DNA from: Bacteroidales bacterium
GTDB lineage: Bacteria; Bacteroidota; Bacteroidia; Bacteroidales; Bacteroidaceae
Direction of reading: 5' to 3'
Length of the DNA: 64,000 nucleotides
Assembly (NCBI GenBank): GCA_004558535.1
Contig: SFCP01000005.1
Coordinates: forward strand, 11,429-75,428
The position numbers were made by a program, and so were the translations under genes. Numbering within the stretch: the first letter of the stretch is position 1; each line of letters starts with the position of its first letter. Of this stretch, positions 29,901-38,892 are shown piece by piece. The notes under the pieces were generated by a model that saw only the letters and a list, made by a program, of their open reading frames with translations, was not told where the DNA came from and ran no database searches.

Positions 29901-31651
29901 GTGCTACCTCCGTGAAACAAGGCAAGGTGACCACTGGTATCGGCAACCGCAACCAGCCCATCGTCCGCGCCACGCTGCTCGTCAGTGGCCTGACCGGTGC
30001 GCCCGAGTTGCAGAGCGTCAGCGGTAAAGTCGTGGCCGATGACCTGAAAGACGTGGTCGGCGTCAAGGCTTACGTGGCTACCAACGACCGCGAGCTCTTC
30101 GTGGACGAAGAGGGACGGATGCCGTGGCGCGAAGAGAACGGACAACTCTTCGGCGAGGCTGCTACCGTGGCCGCCGACGGCTCCTACACCATCACGGGTA
30201 CGGCTGCGCTGCAACCCGGCGAGAACTACCTGTGGATTGCCTTCGACATAGCCGACGATGCTACCGAGGGAAATACCGTTGATGCCACGATAACCGGCTA
30301 CACCGTGGACGGAAGCCTGCGCAACGAGCCGAACGGCAATCCCAACTACGCCGCCACCATCTTCCTCTCCGAGGGAGCGGCCCTCATGCCCTATGACTGC
30401 GGCTCGCGCTACTACCGCATTCCCGCCATCACGACAGTCAAGAAAAAACTGGCCGACGGAAGTGTCGTTGACCGCCTGGTGGTGCTGACTGACGACCGCC
30501 TGCAGCACAACGGCGACCTGCCCAACCACGTCTATGTCGTGGCACAGTACAGCGATGACCTCGGCCGTAGCTGGTCGCAGCCGGTTCGCGTGGCCGGAAC
30601 GCCCGAACTGGGCGGCGACTACGGACATGGCGACGCCTCCATCGTCACCGATCGCCGCAACGGACACATTATCGGCATCATGACGTCGGCCGGAACGTAC
30701 GGCAAGGGCTTTTGGGCCTCCACGGCCGCCCAGCCGATGCTCTGGAAGACCATCACAAGTGAAGACGGCGGCGAGACGTGGAGCATCCCGACCGACCATA
30801 CGAAGAGCCTGTACGGAGTGGGAAGTCCCAATCCTACGTGGAAGGGCGGATTCTCCGGCTCGGGCGCGGCACTGCAAAAGCGCGACGGCACACTGGTGTC
30901 GAGTTTCGTGAACCGCGATGCGAACGACGTGCGCAATTTCCACTTCTTCATGAGCAAGGACGGCGGTGCATCCTGGTACGTCAGCGGCACAAGCGGCACG
31001 ACCAACGCCGACGAACCGAAAACCTTGGAGCGGAACAACGGCGACCTGTCGATATTCGTGCGTGCAAGCGGATATAACTACCACAACGTGACGAGCGACG
31101 ACGGCCAGACGTGGCACTATGCGCCCGAAACCCGCTTCACTTCCGGTATCAGCGGCACAGCCTGTGACGGCGAGTACATGACGTGGTGCTCTACGCTGGA
31201 TGGAAACGCCTGGGACATTGCGCTGGAAACTTTGCCCAACAGTAGTAGCCGCGAAAACGTAAGTATTTGCCTCTCGACCGACGAGGGCGAAACTTTTGGC
31301 GCGCCCAAGACGATCTGTCCTTGGTCTTCAGGCTACAGCACCGCCGTGGTACTGCCCGACGGAACGCTCGGCGTTTACTACGAAGAGGACGGCTATTACA
31401 ACAGCGCCAACTACGTGTTGCGCTTCGTGCGCTTCAGCCTGGACTGGGCCTCGAACGGAATGTACAAGTTCACCGAGGACAATCCCTTCCACCCCATCCC
31501 GTCGGCCGATTATACGGGTGTAGCAGGCGTGACTGCCGGAAAGAATGCACCGGAGGCTACCTACGACCTGCAGGGCCGCCGCGTGGAGAACGTACGTACG
31601 CCCGGCGTCTACATCAAGGGCGGCAAGAAAGTGCTGATCAGCCGGCCGTAG
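26948..31651 (+). CDS. Secreted multidomain protein: two SGNH esterase-like domains, accessory beta modules, GH33 sialidase and a short T9SS-type C-terminus
   Basis: Signal peptide; VFVGNSIT/NRG.SG/GTND/DNLH; YRIP motif; Asp boxes SDDLGRSW, SEDGGETW, SKDGGASW, SDDGQTW, STDEGETF; tail YDLQGRRV...PGVYIKGGKKVLI. Confidence 0.9.
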   Translation: MKKILTLSLLLAGLLLCMPARADEPFRKHRFDLFQVLPPAEGSIVFVGNSITDMHPWVEAFETADGQPLPIVNRGVSGTYSTEQSDNLESYLLHHPKKFFMMIGTNDIATSGGLNFQPEQVLNYVKSIVKRVHMRSPQTKVYLYSILKNQTGNRPAERWLRTNELVKAFVDETAEDWLQYIDLYDALSSVADGGVWSYDNLHLTAASYRIWCEAICPYLAEGEEYTVRTIYPADTETKQNAGGLSTSHGMRATYASMLPVRADDILFFGDEEVKCGEWNELFGTHAVKNRGTGWGYGGSVSVTSGIVDATFAETGVSKACPAAVLLYTGTAEVNGTTDMATVKADYLTLVNKLKANCPTAKIYLLGVHPVSNATTNTNRVAVLNGYLEGMADDQVRYIDTYTPFLSNGVADTRYIKNTNYLYALGYVKMAGLIAAKVNEDFPGTLIAPTETEAEALLEQAGLRNQLTQAMAQGMVAPVGTQMGEYSAEAMQSFQAAVDAASARLASGEALTAAEVETLCSQMQTALLAALNRPVASTDSEEQWYQFHSVRASDYYVTATAAAAGVVGDNTTAEYAQSMWKFVDRGDGSYDIVNRKYETYLNPVATYNTQITTTTAAPAKGWTLSYANTPGCYIISSGEVQLNQTQAGLQYKIYNWSAESTLGQDRSDAGCQFYINEAPSPIEEPQPDETISYTISKTTGDLYNSNGTANATYNRDWKSTATPQLTFVSNANNMSWANDDIQLMSGSAGSATYTLTAPTGYVVDSYSFNVVNNNHNTGLTLAYEDGTSCITSTTAQSRSRSGIGESAVTFTLTGTNGKGVLLTNFNVTVKTSASTGPQRPEISTEGNEHWYYITSASTKAYCAGKVMYYDAAIDRMRFGSKTFAPDYVWSFWEQNGKLAIRSYNGDYIGTAGAGTGSSTQFGRSETPNYSYTINDAFGYFTIKDNAVELHAQEAGAVIVRWAAAEGGASLWKFEAVDMTNAQAALSATSVKQGKVTTGIGNRNQPIVRATLLVSGLTGAPELQSVSGKVVADDLKDVVGVKAYVATNDRELFVDEEGRMPWREENGQLFGEAATVAADGSYTITGTAALQPGENYLWIAFDIADDATEGNTVDATITGYTVDGSLRNEPNGNPNYAATIFLSEGAALMPYDCGSRYYRIPAITTVKKKLADGSVVDRLVVLTDDRLQHNGDLPNHVYVVAQYSDDLGRSWSQPVRVAGTPELGGDYGHGDASIVTDRRNGHIIGIMTSAGTYGKGFWASTAAQPMLWKTITSEDGGETWSIPTDHTKSLYGVGSPNPTWKGGFSGSGAALQKRDGTLVSSFVNRDANDVRNFHFFMSKDGGASWYVSGTSGTTNADEPKTLERNNGDLSIFVRASGYNYHNVTSDDGQTWHYAPETRFTSGISGTACDGEYMTWCSTLDGNAWDIALETLPNSSSRENVSICLSTDEGETFGAPKTICPWSSGYSTAVVLPDGTLGVYYEEDGYYNSANYVLRFVRFSLDWASNGMYKFTEDNPFHPIPSADYTGVAGVTAGKNAPEATYDLQGRRVENVRTPGVYIKGGKKVLISRP

Positions 31652-31674
31652 CGAGCGGAAACGACATAACTGAA

Positions 31675-31708
31675 AACGCGGGAGCTTCTCGATGGAAGCT
31701 CCCGCGTT
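31675..31708. terminator. Strong hairpin between the convergent sialidase and TolC genes
   Basis: AACGCGGGAGCTTC / GAAGCTCCCGCGTT, a perfect 14-bp stem. Confidence 0.7.
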
Positions 31709-31749
31709 GCGTTGGTGCTGTGTCCGACCCGGCGGCCGCCGGGTCGGAC

Positions 31750-32931
31750 TTATTCGTAGCCGAGCGGCAGGTCGAGCACCGCACTGTGGTATTCGTACTC
31801 GGCTTGTCGCAGCTGGTCGGCCGCATCAAAGTATTCGTTCAATTCATCCACGAATTCGAGGACGGAAATCTGGCCGCCGGCCAGCGCTTTCTCCAGCAAT
31901 TCCGCATTGCTCGACTCGGTAAACGCACGGCGGTACGTCTCGGCCACCTGTCGCAGGCCATGTACGCGCCGGAAAAGCTGCTCCGCTTCCGTCTGTTGCC
32001 TGAGTTGGACATCCTCGCGCCTGATTTCGGCCGCCGTAATGGCTGCTTTGGCACTGCGCAACCGGCTTTTCGTGTTCCACAGAGGGATGGTAATGCCCAC
32101 GGTAATGCCTTGCAGGTGCTCGCCGAACGTCTTTTCGCGCATGTAGCCTACGGCCAGTGACGGCCAGTTGCCTGCGCGGGTCAGCGCCAACTGACTTCGG
32201 CTCAACTCCACTTCCCCTGCGGCGGCGGAAATGGCCGGCAGTGTGCCGCGGATGCTTTGCCACCAGTCGGAAAAGCTCTCCGGCAGCTCGAGCGGCGCGG
32301 GAAATTCCGCACAAGTAAAGGATAGCGGCTCGCCGCCGTTCAGTCCGGTCAAGCGGGTCAGGAGCAGGTCGCGCTCCGCGCTTACCGTTTGGATTTGGGC
32401 TTGCAGCAGGAGCATGTTCCGGCTTACTTTATTGTACTCCAACTGCGTTCCTTCGCCCTCGTCAAGCTTTCGTTGCTCCGCGACAAGCGCTGTCTCCAAA
32501 TGCTTGCGCCGGTGCTCCAACTGGGCAAGCTGCGCGTTGGCGTTGGTCAGGTCCAGCAGGCAGCGGCGGGCTTCCAGTAGCACCTCGCGGCGGGCTTCGC
32601 GCAGATTTTCGTCCACCAGGTTGTTCCGGCAGGCCGCCACGCGTCGTTTCTTTCCCAGCAGGGTGCCCCAATCCAGGGGTTGTATCGCCTTGAAGTCGCG
32701 GCGGTCGCTCACGCCTTGGGGGCTGCCCCACAACTGGTTGAACTCTAATTCCGGATCATCCAAGGACAGATCTGCGCGGTTCTCGGCTTTTTCCGCCTCG
32801 GCGGCAGCTCGCAGGGCCTTGAGGGCCGTATTGTTTTGTTCGATGGCTTGCAGGGTTTGCGCAAAGTCGTCCTGGGCCGACATGCTGCCCACGCAGAGGG
32901 CAGCCGAAAGGAGGATAAATATTTTTCTCAT
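31750..32931 (-). CDS. TolC-family outer membrane efflux protein
   Basis: Signal peptide MRKIFILL, IEQNNTALKA, GITIPLW, GQIS.LEF; last gene of the RND operon. Confidence 0.9.
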   Translation of the reverse strand: MRKIFILLSAALCVGSMSAQDDFAQTLQAIEQNNTALKALRAAAEAEKAENRADLSLDDPELEFNQLWGSPQGVSDRRDFKAIQPLDWGTLLGKKRRVAACRNNLVDENLREARREVLLEARRCLLDLTNANAQLAQLEHRRKHLETALVAEQRKLDEGEGTQLEYNKVSRNMLLLQAQIQTVSAERDLLLTRLTGLNGGEPLSFTCAEFPAPLELPESFSDWWQSIRGTLPAISAAAGEVELSRSQLALTRAGNWPSLAVGYMREKTFGEHLQGITVGITIPLWNTKSRLRSAKAAITAAEIRREDVQLRQQTEAEQLFRRVHGLRQVAETYRRAFTESSNAELLEKALAGGQISVLEFVDELNEYFDAADQLRQAEYEYHSAVLDLPLGYE

Positions 32932-32995
32932 TGGGTCTGTGTTTTTTAGCAAGGATATAGGGGAAACGAAGTCTGTCATGGTTTCCCCTATATGC

Positions 32996-35900
32996 CTATT
33001 GCTTGCGCGGCAGGCCGGCTTTCAGGAACATGATGGGGATGACAAATCCGTTCAGGAGGGTGGAGGTGAAAAGTCCGCCCAAGATGACCACTGCCATCGG
33101 GCTTTGTATTTCGTTTCCGGGCAGACCTGCGCCCAGCACCATGGGAATCAGGGCCAGCGCCGAGGTCAGTGCAGTCATCAGGATGGGGTTGAGGCGGTCG
33201 GTCGAGCCTTGGAGTACGCTCTCTTCGGGCGAAAGGCCCCGCGCCATAAGGTCGTTGTAGCGCGCGATGAGCAGCAGGCCGTTGCGTGTGGCGATGCCGA
33301 AGAGTGAGATGAAGCCGATAATCGCCGGTATGCTGATGATACCACTCGTCATTCGCACTGCCAGGATGCCGCCAATCAGCGCCAGTGGCAGGTTGAGCAG
33401 GACTACAGCCGCCTGGCGGGCACTTCGGAATTGATTGTAGAGCAGCAGGAAGATAATGAGTACGGCAAAGACCGATGCGATAAGGAGTGTGCGCGAAGCA
33501 GCCTGCTCGCTCTCAAACTGTCCGCCGTATTCCACGTGATAACCTTGGGGGAGGTTGATCTGATTGACCTTTTCGCGGATGTCGTGGACGGCACCGTGCA
33601 GATCGCGTCCTGCCACGTTGGCCGAGACGACCACTTTGCGCGCCGCGTTCTCGCGATTGACGGTGTTGGGTCCGACCGAGGAAATCACATCGGCCACATT
33701 GCCCAATTCCACCTTGCCGCTGTCGGTATCGAGGAGCAGGTGGCGCACATCCTCGATGCTTTGGCGGCTGCCGTCGGCTACTTTGAGCACCACGTCAAAG
33801 GTTTGGTTGCCTTCGTAGACCTGCGAGACGGTCCGTCCGGCCAGCAGCGTGCTCACGGCTTCGCCAAAGGCAGGCAGCGAAATGCCGTAGCGCGCCAGCA
33901 TCTCCCTGCGCGGCACAATCTTCAGCTGCGGGCGTTCCACTTGCTGCTCCACATTGATGTCGGTCAGGCCCGGGATGTCTGCGATGGCCTCGCGGATTTC
34001 TCCTGCATAGTCATAGAGGCGGTTCAGGTCCGGTCCGAAGACTTTGATGGCGATGGCAGCGCGTGTTCCCGAGAGCATGGCATCGATTCGGTGGGTGATG
34101 GGTGCGCCCACCTCGACGCTGATGCCCGGTATCCGGCCGAGGCGTTCGCGCACGTCGGCCATCAGTTCTTCGCGACTGCGGTCGCCGAGTTCGTAGGGCA
34201 CTTCCAGTTCCGAATTGTTCACGCCCAGTGCGTGCTCATCCAGTTCTGCGCGTCCCGTCTTCCTGCCCACGGCCTTTACCTCGGGAATTTCGAGCAAGGC
34301 TCGTTCGGCTTGTCGTCCCAAACTGTCGGATTCGGGCAACGAAATGCCCGGCAGTGTGCTGATACCGATAGTCAGTGAGCCCTCGTTGAAGGGCGGGAGG
34401 AAATTGCGGCCCAGCGTGAAGAACAGTCCCACCGCTACGAGCAGGGCCACCCCTGCTGCGGCGAGCACCGGGCGGTAATGGCGGAGGCAGGCCCCGAGTG
34501 CGCGCCGGTAGGCCGCTTTCAGTTTTCGCGCCACCCAGGCTTCCTGCGCGGTGCTGCTGCCGGGTGTCGTCTCTTCCCCTTCAGCGCTTTCCTGTCGCTT
34601 GCTTTTTCTGCGCTTCCCCCGTTCCAGTACATAGCTGCACAGGACCGGTGTGAGCGTCAGGGCCACTAATGTCGAGGCGCAGAGAGCCACGATGAACGCG
34701 ATGCCCAGCGGGCGGAGCATACGGCCCTCCATGCCCGACAGGAAGAAGAGTGGCAGAAATCCCGCCACGATTATCAGTGTCGAATTGAGAATGGGCATGC
34801 GCACCTCTCGGGATGCGTCGTAGATGACGCTCAGCCGGGTGCGCTGCCTGCCGGGTGGGAGCGCGCGGTTCTCGCGCAGGCGGCGGAAGACGTTCTCGAC
34901 GTCCACAATAGCGTCGTCCACCAGCGAACCGATGGCTATGCAGAGGCCGCCCAGGCTCATCGTGTTGATGGTAAGTCCCATGCAGTGGAGCGCGATGAGC
35001 GAAATCAGCAGTGCGAGCGGGATGGTGATGACCGAAATCAGCGTGGTGCGGAAATTCATCAGGAAGAGGAAGAGCACCAGTACCACGAAGATGCCGCCCT
35101 CAATCAGGGCGTTGCGCACGTTGCGTATGGAGTTTTCGATAAAGCGGGACTGGCGGTAGACGTCGGTCTCGATTTTTACGTCGCGGGGCAGGGTGGTCTG
35201 CACTTCTGCCAGGGTGCGGTCCAGCGCCTCGGTCAGTTCGATGGTCCCTGTGCGGGGCTGTTTTGTCACGGTCAGTATGACGGCTTCGCGGCCGTCCTTT
35301 GCGGCCGTTCCGGTGCGTGGCAGGCGGTCGCCCACCCTGATTTCGGCCACCGATTCCAGGGTGACGGGTCCGTCGGGCGTAGTTCGCACCAGCGCTTGGC
35401 GCAGGTCGTCGATACGGTCGGTACTCAGGATGGCACGAATCAGGTATTCGTTGCCGTATTCGTAGAGTACGCCGCCCGAAGTGTTGCGGTTGAATCCCTC
35501 GACGGCGGCTGCGACTTCCCCGAGGCTGACTTCGTAGTGACGCATGCGTTCGGGGCTGAGCAGTATCTGGTACTCCTTGACGTCGCCGCCCAGCACGGAC
35601 ACTTGTGCCACGCCGCCGGTGCTTAGCAGGCGCGGGCGGATTTCATAGTCCGCCATTGTGCGGAGGTCGCGCAGCGAGGTAGAGTCGGCTGTCAGCGCCA
35701 CAATCATCACCTCTCCGAGGATGGACGATTGCGGTCCCATGGTGGGATTGCCCGCTTCGGCCGGTAGTTCGTCGCGCACGGCTGCCAGTTTCTCGGCCAC
35801 GGTCTGGCGCGCTATATATATATCGGTATCCCAATCAAATTCCACCCATACGATGGAAAATCCCGTCGTCGACGAGGAGCGTACGCGGCGCACACCGGCT

Positions 35901-36127
35901 GCGCCGTTGACGGCGGTTTCGATGGGGTAGGTGATGAGGCGTTCCACCTCCTCGGGGGCCATGCCTCCCGCCTCGGTCATGATGGCCACGGTGGGTGCGT
36001 TGAGATCCGGGAAGACGTCCACTTCCGTCCGGGACGTGCTGATGCTGCCTGCAATGGCCAGCAGTACGGCCGCCATCACGATGAGCAGGCGGTGGTGCAG
36101 GGAAAAGCGGATGATACGGTTCAGCAT
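32996..36127 (-). CDS. CusA/CzcA-family heavy-metal RND efflux permease
   Basis: DVFPDLNAP, MSLGG...AIGSLVDDAIVDVEN, GIATRNG, RLNPILMTAL. Confidence 0.95.
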   Translation of the reverse strand: MLNRIIRFSLHHRLLIVMAAVLLAIAGSISTSRTEVDVFPDLNAPTVAIMTEAGGMAPEEVERLITYPIETAVNGAAGVRRVRSSSTTGFSIVWVEFDWDTDIYIARQTVAEKLAAVRDELPAEAGNPTMGPQSSILGEVMIVALTADSTSLRDLRTMADYEIRPRLLSTGGVAQVSVLGGDVKEYQILLSPERMRHYEVSLGEVAAAVEGFNRNTSGGVLYEYGNEYLIRAILSTDRIDDLRQALVRTTPDGPVTLESVAEIRVGDRLPRTGTAAKDGREAVILTVTKQPRTGTIELTEALDRTLAEVQTTLPRDVKIETDVYRQSRFIENSIRNVRNALIEGGIFVVLVLFLFLMNFRTTLISVITIPLALLISLIALHCMGLTINTMSLGGLCIAIGSLVDDAIVDVENVFRRLRENRALPPGRQRTRLSVIYDASREVRMPILNSTLIIVAGFLPLFFLSGMEGRMLRPLGIAFIVALCASTLVALTLTPVLCSYVLERGKRRKSKRQESAEGEETTPGSSTAQEAWVARKLKAAYRRALGACLRHYRPVLAAAGVALLVAVGLFFTLGRNFLPPFNEGSLTIGISTLPGISLPESDSLGRQAERALLEIPEVKAVGRKTGRAELDEHALGVNNSELEVPYELGDRSREELMADVRERLGRIPGISVEVGAPITHRIDAMLSGTRAAIAIKVFGPDLNRLYDYAGEIREAIADIPGLTDINVEQQVERPQLKIVPRREMLARYGISLPAFGEAVSTLLAGRTVSQVYEGNQTFDVVLKVADGSRQSIEDVRHLLLDTDSGKVELGNVADVISSVGPNTVNRENAARKVVVSANVAGRDLHGAVHDIREKVNQINLPQGYHVEYGGQFESEQAASRTLLIASVFAVLIIFLLLYNQFRSARQAAVVLLNLPLALIGGILAVRMTSGIISIPAIIGFISLFGIATRNGLLLIARYNDLMARGLSPEESVLQGSTDRLNPILMTALTSALALIPMVLGAGLPGNEIQSPMAVVILGGLFTSTLLNGFVIPIMFLKAGLPRKQ

Positions 36128-36146
36128 ATTCGTTCTCCTCCCTGCT

Positions 36147-37331
36147 TTAGTGTTCGTGTCCGTGCGGTATGGCGGCATTGGTGCCCGCCAGTTTCAGTCG
36201 GTAGGCTCCGCGCACCGCCACACGTTCGCCGTCGTGCAGTCCGGCCGTGATTTCCGTGCGCACGCCGTCGCTTTGGCCCGTCTGTACCTCGCGCTTGCGG
36301 AAACTACCCGCTTCGCCCGGTACTTCCACATAGACAAAGTACGCCCCCTGCTCCTCGGTCAGTGCCGTGGCGGGCAGGCTGATGACGCCCGTGCGGGGGC
36401 TACAGAGCAGGTAGACCTCGGCAAAGGCACCTGCCGGCAGGTTGCCCACGTTGTCCAGCTCGAAGGTAATGGGCAGTGTGCCGTTGGCACCGACGCCCGT
36501 GCGTCCCGCCGATATCAGGCGGCCGTTCAGGTCGCTCAGTCGGCGTACGCTGTCGCTGCCGGCCGTGCGGAAGTTGGCGCTTCGTGCGTTCTGTGCCGCC
36601 TGCCACCGGCTTTCGGGCACCTCGGCACGCAGTTGCAGGCGCCGGGTCTGGGTGACGGTCATCACGGGGTCACCCACGTTGACATAATCCCCCTCGTTCA
36701 CGTAGCGGGCCTTGATGTAGCCGCTCATGGGGCTTGTGGCGCTCATGCCGGCCTTGGCGCCGGAGGCACCGGTGCCCTGTGCCGCAGCCTTGGCCAGCTC
36801 GTAGCGTGAGCGTGCCTCTTCGTAGGCCTGCCTGGAAATGATTTTGTCGGCCACGAGGTTCTCGGCGCGTCGAAATTCGCGCTCGGCCGCTGCCAGTTCC
36901 AGGCGGGCGCGTTCGGCCGGGTCGCCGTCCTGCAGGTTGCGGGCCGAGACCGAGGCCACCGTCTGCCCGCTTCGCACGGGACAGCCCTCGGTGGCGGAGC
37001 GGTCCGTCAGGGAAATCACGCCGCTCATAGGCGCCACGATGGTGCATTCGTCGCCTGCGGCCGCACGGAGTTGGCCGCTCACTTTCACAACGGCAGCAAA
37101 TTCGGCCGGATGTACGGTTTCGACCTTCACACCGGCCTCCTTGAGCTGTGCTGCGCTCAGGATGATTTCGTCGCCATGGTCCTCGCCTTCGTGGTCCGTG
37201 TCTTTCCCCTCGCTTTGCTCGCAGGGGGCGTCGTCGGCGTGGTCGTGACCGTCGTGTGTATCGTTGGAATGGGCGCATGCACCGCAGAGTAGGGCGGCCA
37301 TGCACCAAGTAATAAGAGACTGTGTTCTCAT
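36147..37331 (-). CDS. RND membrane-fusion lipoprotein with a His-rich N-terminus
   Basis: Lipobox CGAC, HDGHDH, APMSG, EG..V..G, C-terminal AIPHGHEH. Confidence 0.9.
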   Translation of the reverse strand: MRTQSLITWCMAALLCGACAHSNDTHDGHDHADDAPCEQSEGKDTDHEGEDHGDEIILSAAQLKEAGVKVETVHPAEFAAVVKVSGQLRAAAGDECTIVAPMSGVISLTDRSATEGCPVRSGQTVASVSARNLQDGDPAERARLELAAAEREFRRAENLVADKIISRQAYEEARSRYELAKAAAQGTGASGAKAGMSATSPMSGYIKARYVNEGDYVNVGDPVMTVTQTRRLQLRAEVPESRWQAAQNARSANFRTAGSDSVRRLSDLNGRLISAGRTGVGANGTLPITFELDNVGNLPAGAFAEVYLLCSPRTGVISLPATALTEEQGAYFVYVEVPGEAGSFRKREVQTGQSDGVRTEITAGLHDGERVAVRGAYRLKLAGTNAAIPHGHEH

Positions 37332-37483
37332 TTCTTTTCTTGATGTGGTGGATAGAAAGATGGGAAGCAAGGCATGCCGGCTGCGTGGGAGCAGACAGGG
37401 CGCACCTGCTGTGGAAACCGTGCCCCCTCGGAGGTACACGGCCTAACGGACAGGCCCGGCATGGCTACGTGCGGGGCTTGTCC

Positions 37484-37891
37484 TCAAGAAAAGAAATGGG
37501 GTGGGGCTCGCAATCCCCCACTTGCCGCCCGCTCTCGGGGGTGCAGGGCATTGCGATAGGCATCCGCCGGCAGGTCCTCGTCCGACGCGGTGAATTGTCG
37601 GGCCAGGGTCGGCGTGAAGTCCGCCGGCAGGCAGACGGGGGCGGGCAGCATCTGGGTCGCTCTCAGCGCACGTGCCGCAGTCGACTGTACATGCTCCGCG
37701 CAGCCCTCGCTTTCGTGGGAATGCCCCGTTTCGTGGTGCTGCGTGTGGGCATCGTTCGGCATATGGTCCGCCCGGCAGAACTCCACCACGCGGCAGGCCA
37801 CGCCATCATGATGGTGATGGGGCAGCAGGGGCATGACCAGCAGCGAAAGGGCGGCCAGTGCCATGCAGAGCAGGTGGAGGAATTTTTGCAT
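37484..37891 (-). CDS. His/Cys-rich small exported protein (DUF6769-like) heading the efflux operon
   Basis: Hydrophobic N-terminus, PHHHHDG.AC, C-terminal GLRAPP; -7 box TATTTTTG just upstream. Confidence 0.7.
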   Translation of the reverse strand: MQKFLHLLCMALAALSLLVMPLLPHHHHDGVACRVVEFCRADHMPNDAHTQHHETGHSHESEGCAEHVQSTAARALRATQMLPAPVCLPADFTPTLARQFTASDEDLPADAYRNALHPRERAASGGLRAPPHFFS

Positions 37892-38029
37892 GATGCCTGA
37901 TTGTGGTTGCAAAAATACGAAATATTTTTGGGATAACCGCCCGTCCTTTCGTGCTTCCGCGTCCGCCGGCCACACGAGGGGCGCGGCAGGCGGTGCCCCG
38001 TGCGCGGAATTTTGACAAAAGTGCATAAG

Positions 38030-38310
38030 TGCTTTAACATAAATAACTTTTGTTAGGTTTTGCAGACGGGTGGAGTGCCGACTAAGTGCTTTCTAATTTT
38101 ACGCATCCGGCATGTAGATAAAACCAAGTGCCGGGTAGTTCTTTCCAAGTCCTACTTAGTTGTGCCCGAAAACGGGTGGCGGGTGTCCGCAAAGGGGCAA
38201 AAAAAGAGGAGAAACTCCCGGATTAGCGCGGGAGTCCCACCTCTGTAGTACAAAGATACAACATTTTTCCGCGAAATCCAAATCCGCCTTTTCCGCGTTA
38301 ACATTTCGAT
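38030..38310 (-). repeat. Dispersed module, copy D: promoter, hairpin and degenerate 21-bp repeats
   Basis: Minus strand: CGAAATGTTAA (38298-38308); TTTG (38279-38282), 20 bp, TATCTTTG (38251-38258); stem at 38205-38244 plus T-tract; 21-mers at 38084-38167; GTTATTTATGTTAAAG (38032-38047). Confidence 0.8.
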
Positions 38311-38490
38311 GAAGCAGGTGCGCGGCGGGTGCGCGGCGGCCGCCTTCGGACTGCGGAAAAAGGGAAAACCGGGATAATCGGTTGGCTTTTAGAGTGTGTC
38401 AAAAGTGTGAAGCAAATTTTTTCGGGGGAAGCAAAAAAATATTTTTCGGATTGCTTTCAGATATCAAAAGGTTGCCGTATCTTTGTCGTC

Positions 38491-38663
38491 GGAAAGCGGT
38501 GCCGCACCTGCGTGCCGGTGAAAAGGGAACGCCGTGTAATTCGGCGACAGTACCCGCTGCTGTGACCCCATTTGTTGTACCGAAACGACTGAAAACCACT
38601 GCAATAAAGCTATTTGCGGGAAGGTGTTCGGAATCTGGGGAAGCCAGAAAACCTGCCGCTTTT
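38491..38663 (+). ncRNA. Cobalamin (B12) riboswitch
   Basis: GGTG...AAAAGGGAA.GCCG.G.AATTCGGCGACAGTACCCGCTGCTGTGA...CCACTG...GGGAAGG...AAGCCAGAAAACCTGCC; -7 box TATCTTTG at 38478-38485; upstream of nrdD. Confidence 0.93.
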
Positions 38664-38892
38664 GGAACGTCTGCTTTGGCGTCGGGAGCTACGCCGAGGT
38701 GACGGATGCGTGAAACTTCTTTGACACAAAAAAGAAAACTTCAGCTTGCGGAAATTCTGAAAGGTTTTCCAAAATGGAAATTTTATGGTGCACTGTGATG
38801 TGCCAAGGGTATCGGTCTGCGTCCACGGGAATCATGTCCGCGCGTGGCCTACTTCTCCGGAAATCAAATAACTAAAAAATAAAACTACATCC

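Noticed and set aside
7199..31117. Long antisense ORFs (7199-8701, 9822-11060, 12092-14122, 14608-16782, 27353-28774, 28889-31117)
   Set aside because: They mirror well-supported genes on the other strand, as expected with GC-rich codon usage, and show no recognisable motifs.
38030..38050. ATGTTAAA end motifs as dif/Xer sites
   Set aside because: They resemble the XerD arm (TTATGTTAAA), but I see no partner arm at the 11-6-11 spacing, so they are kept only as unexplained motifs.
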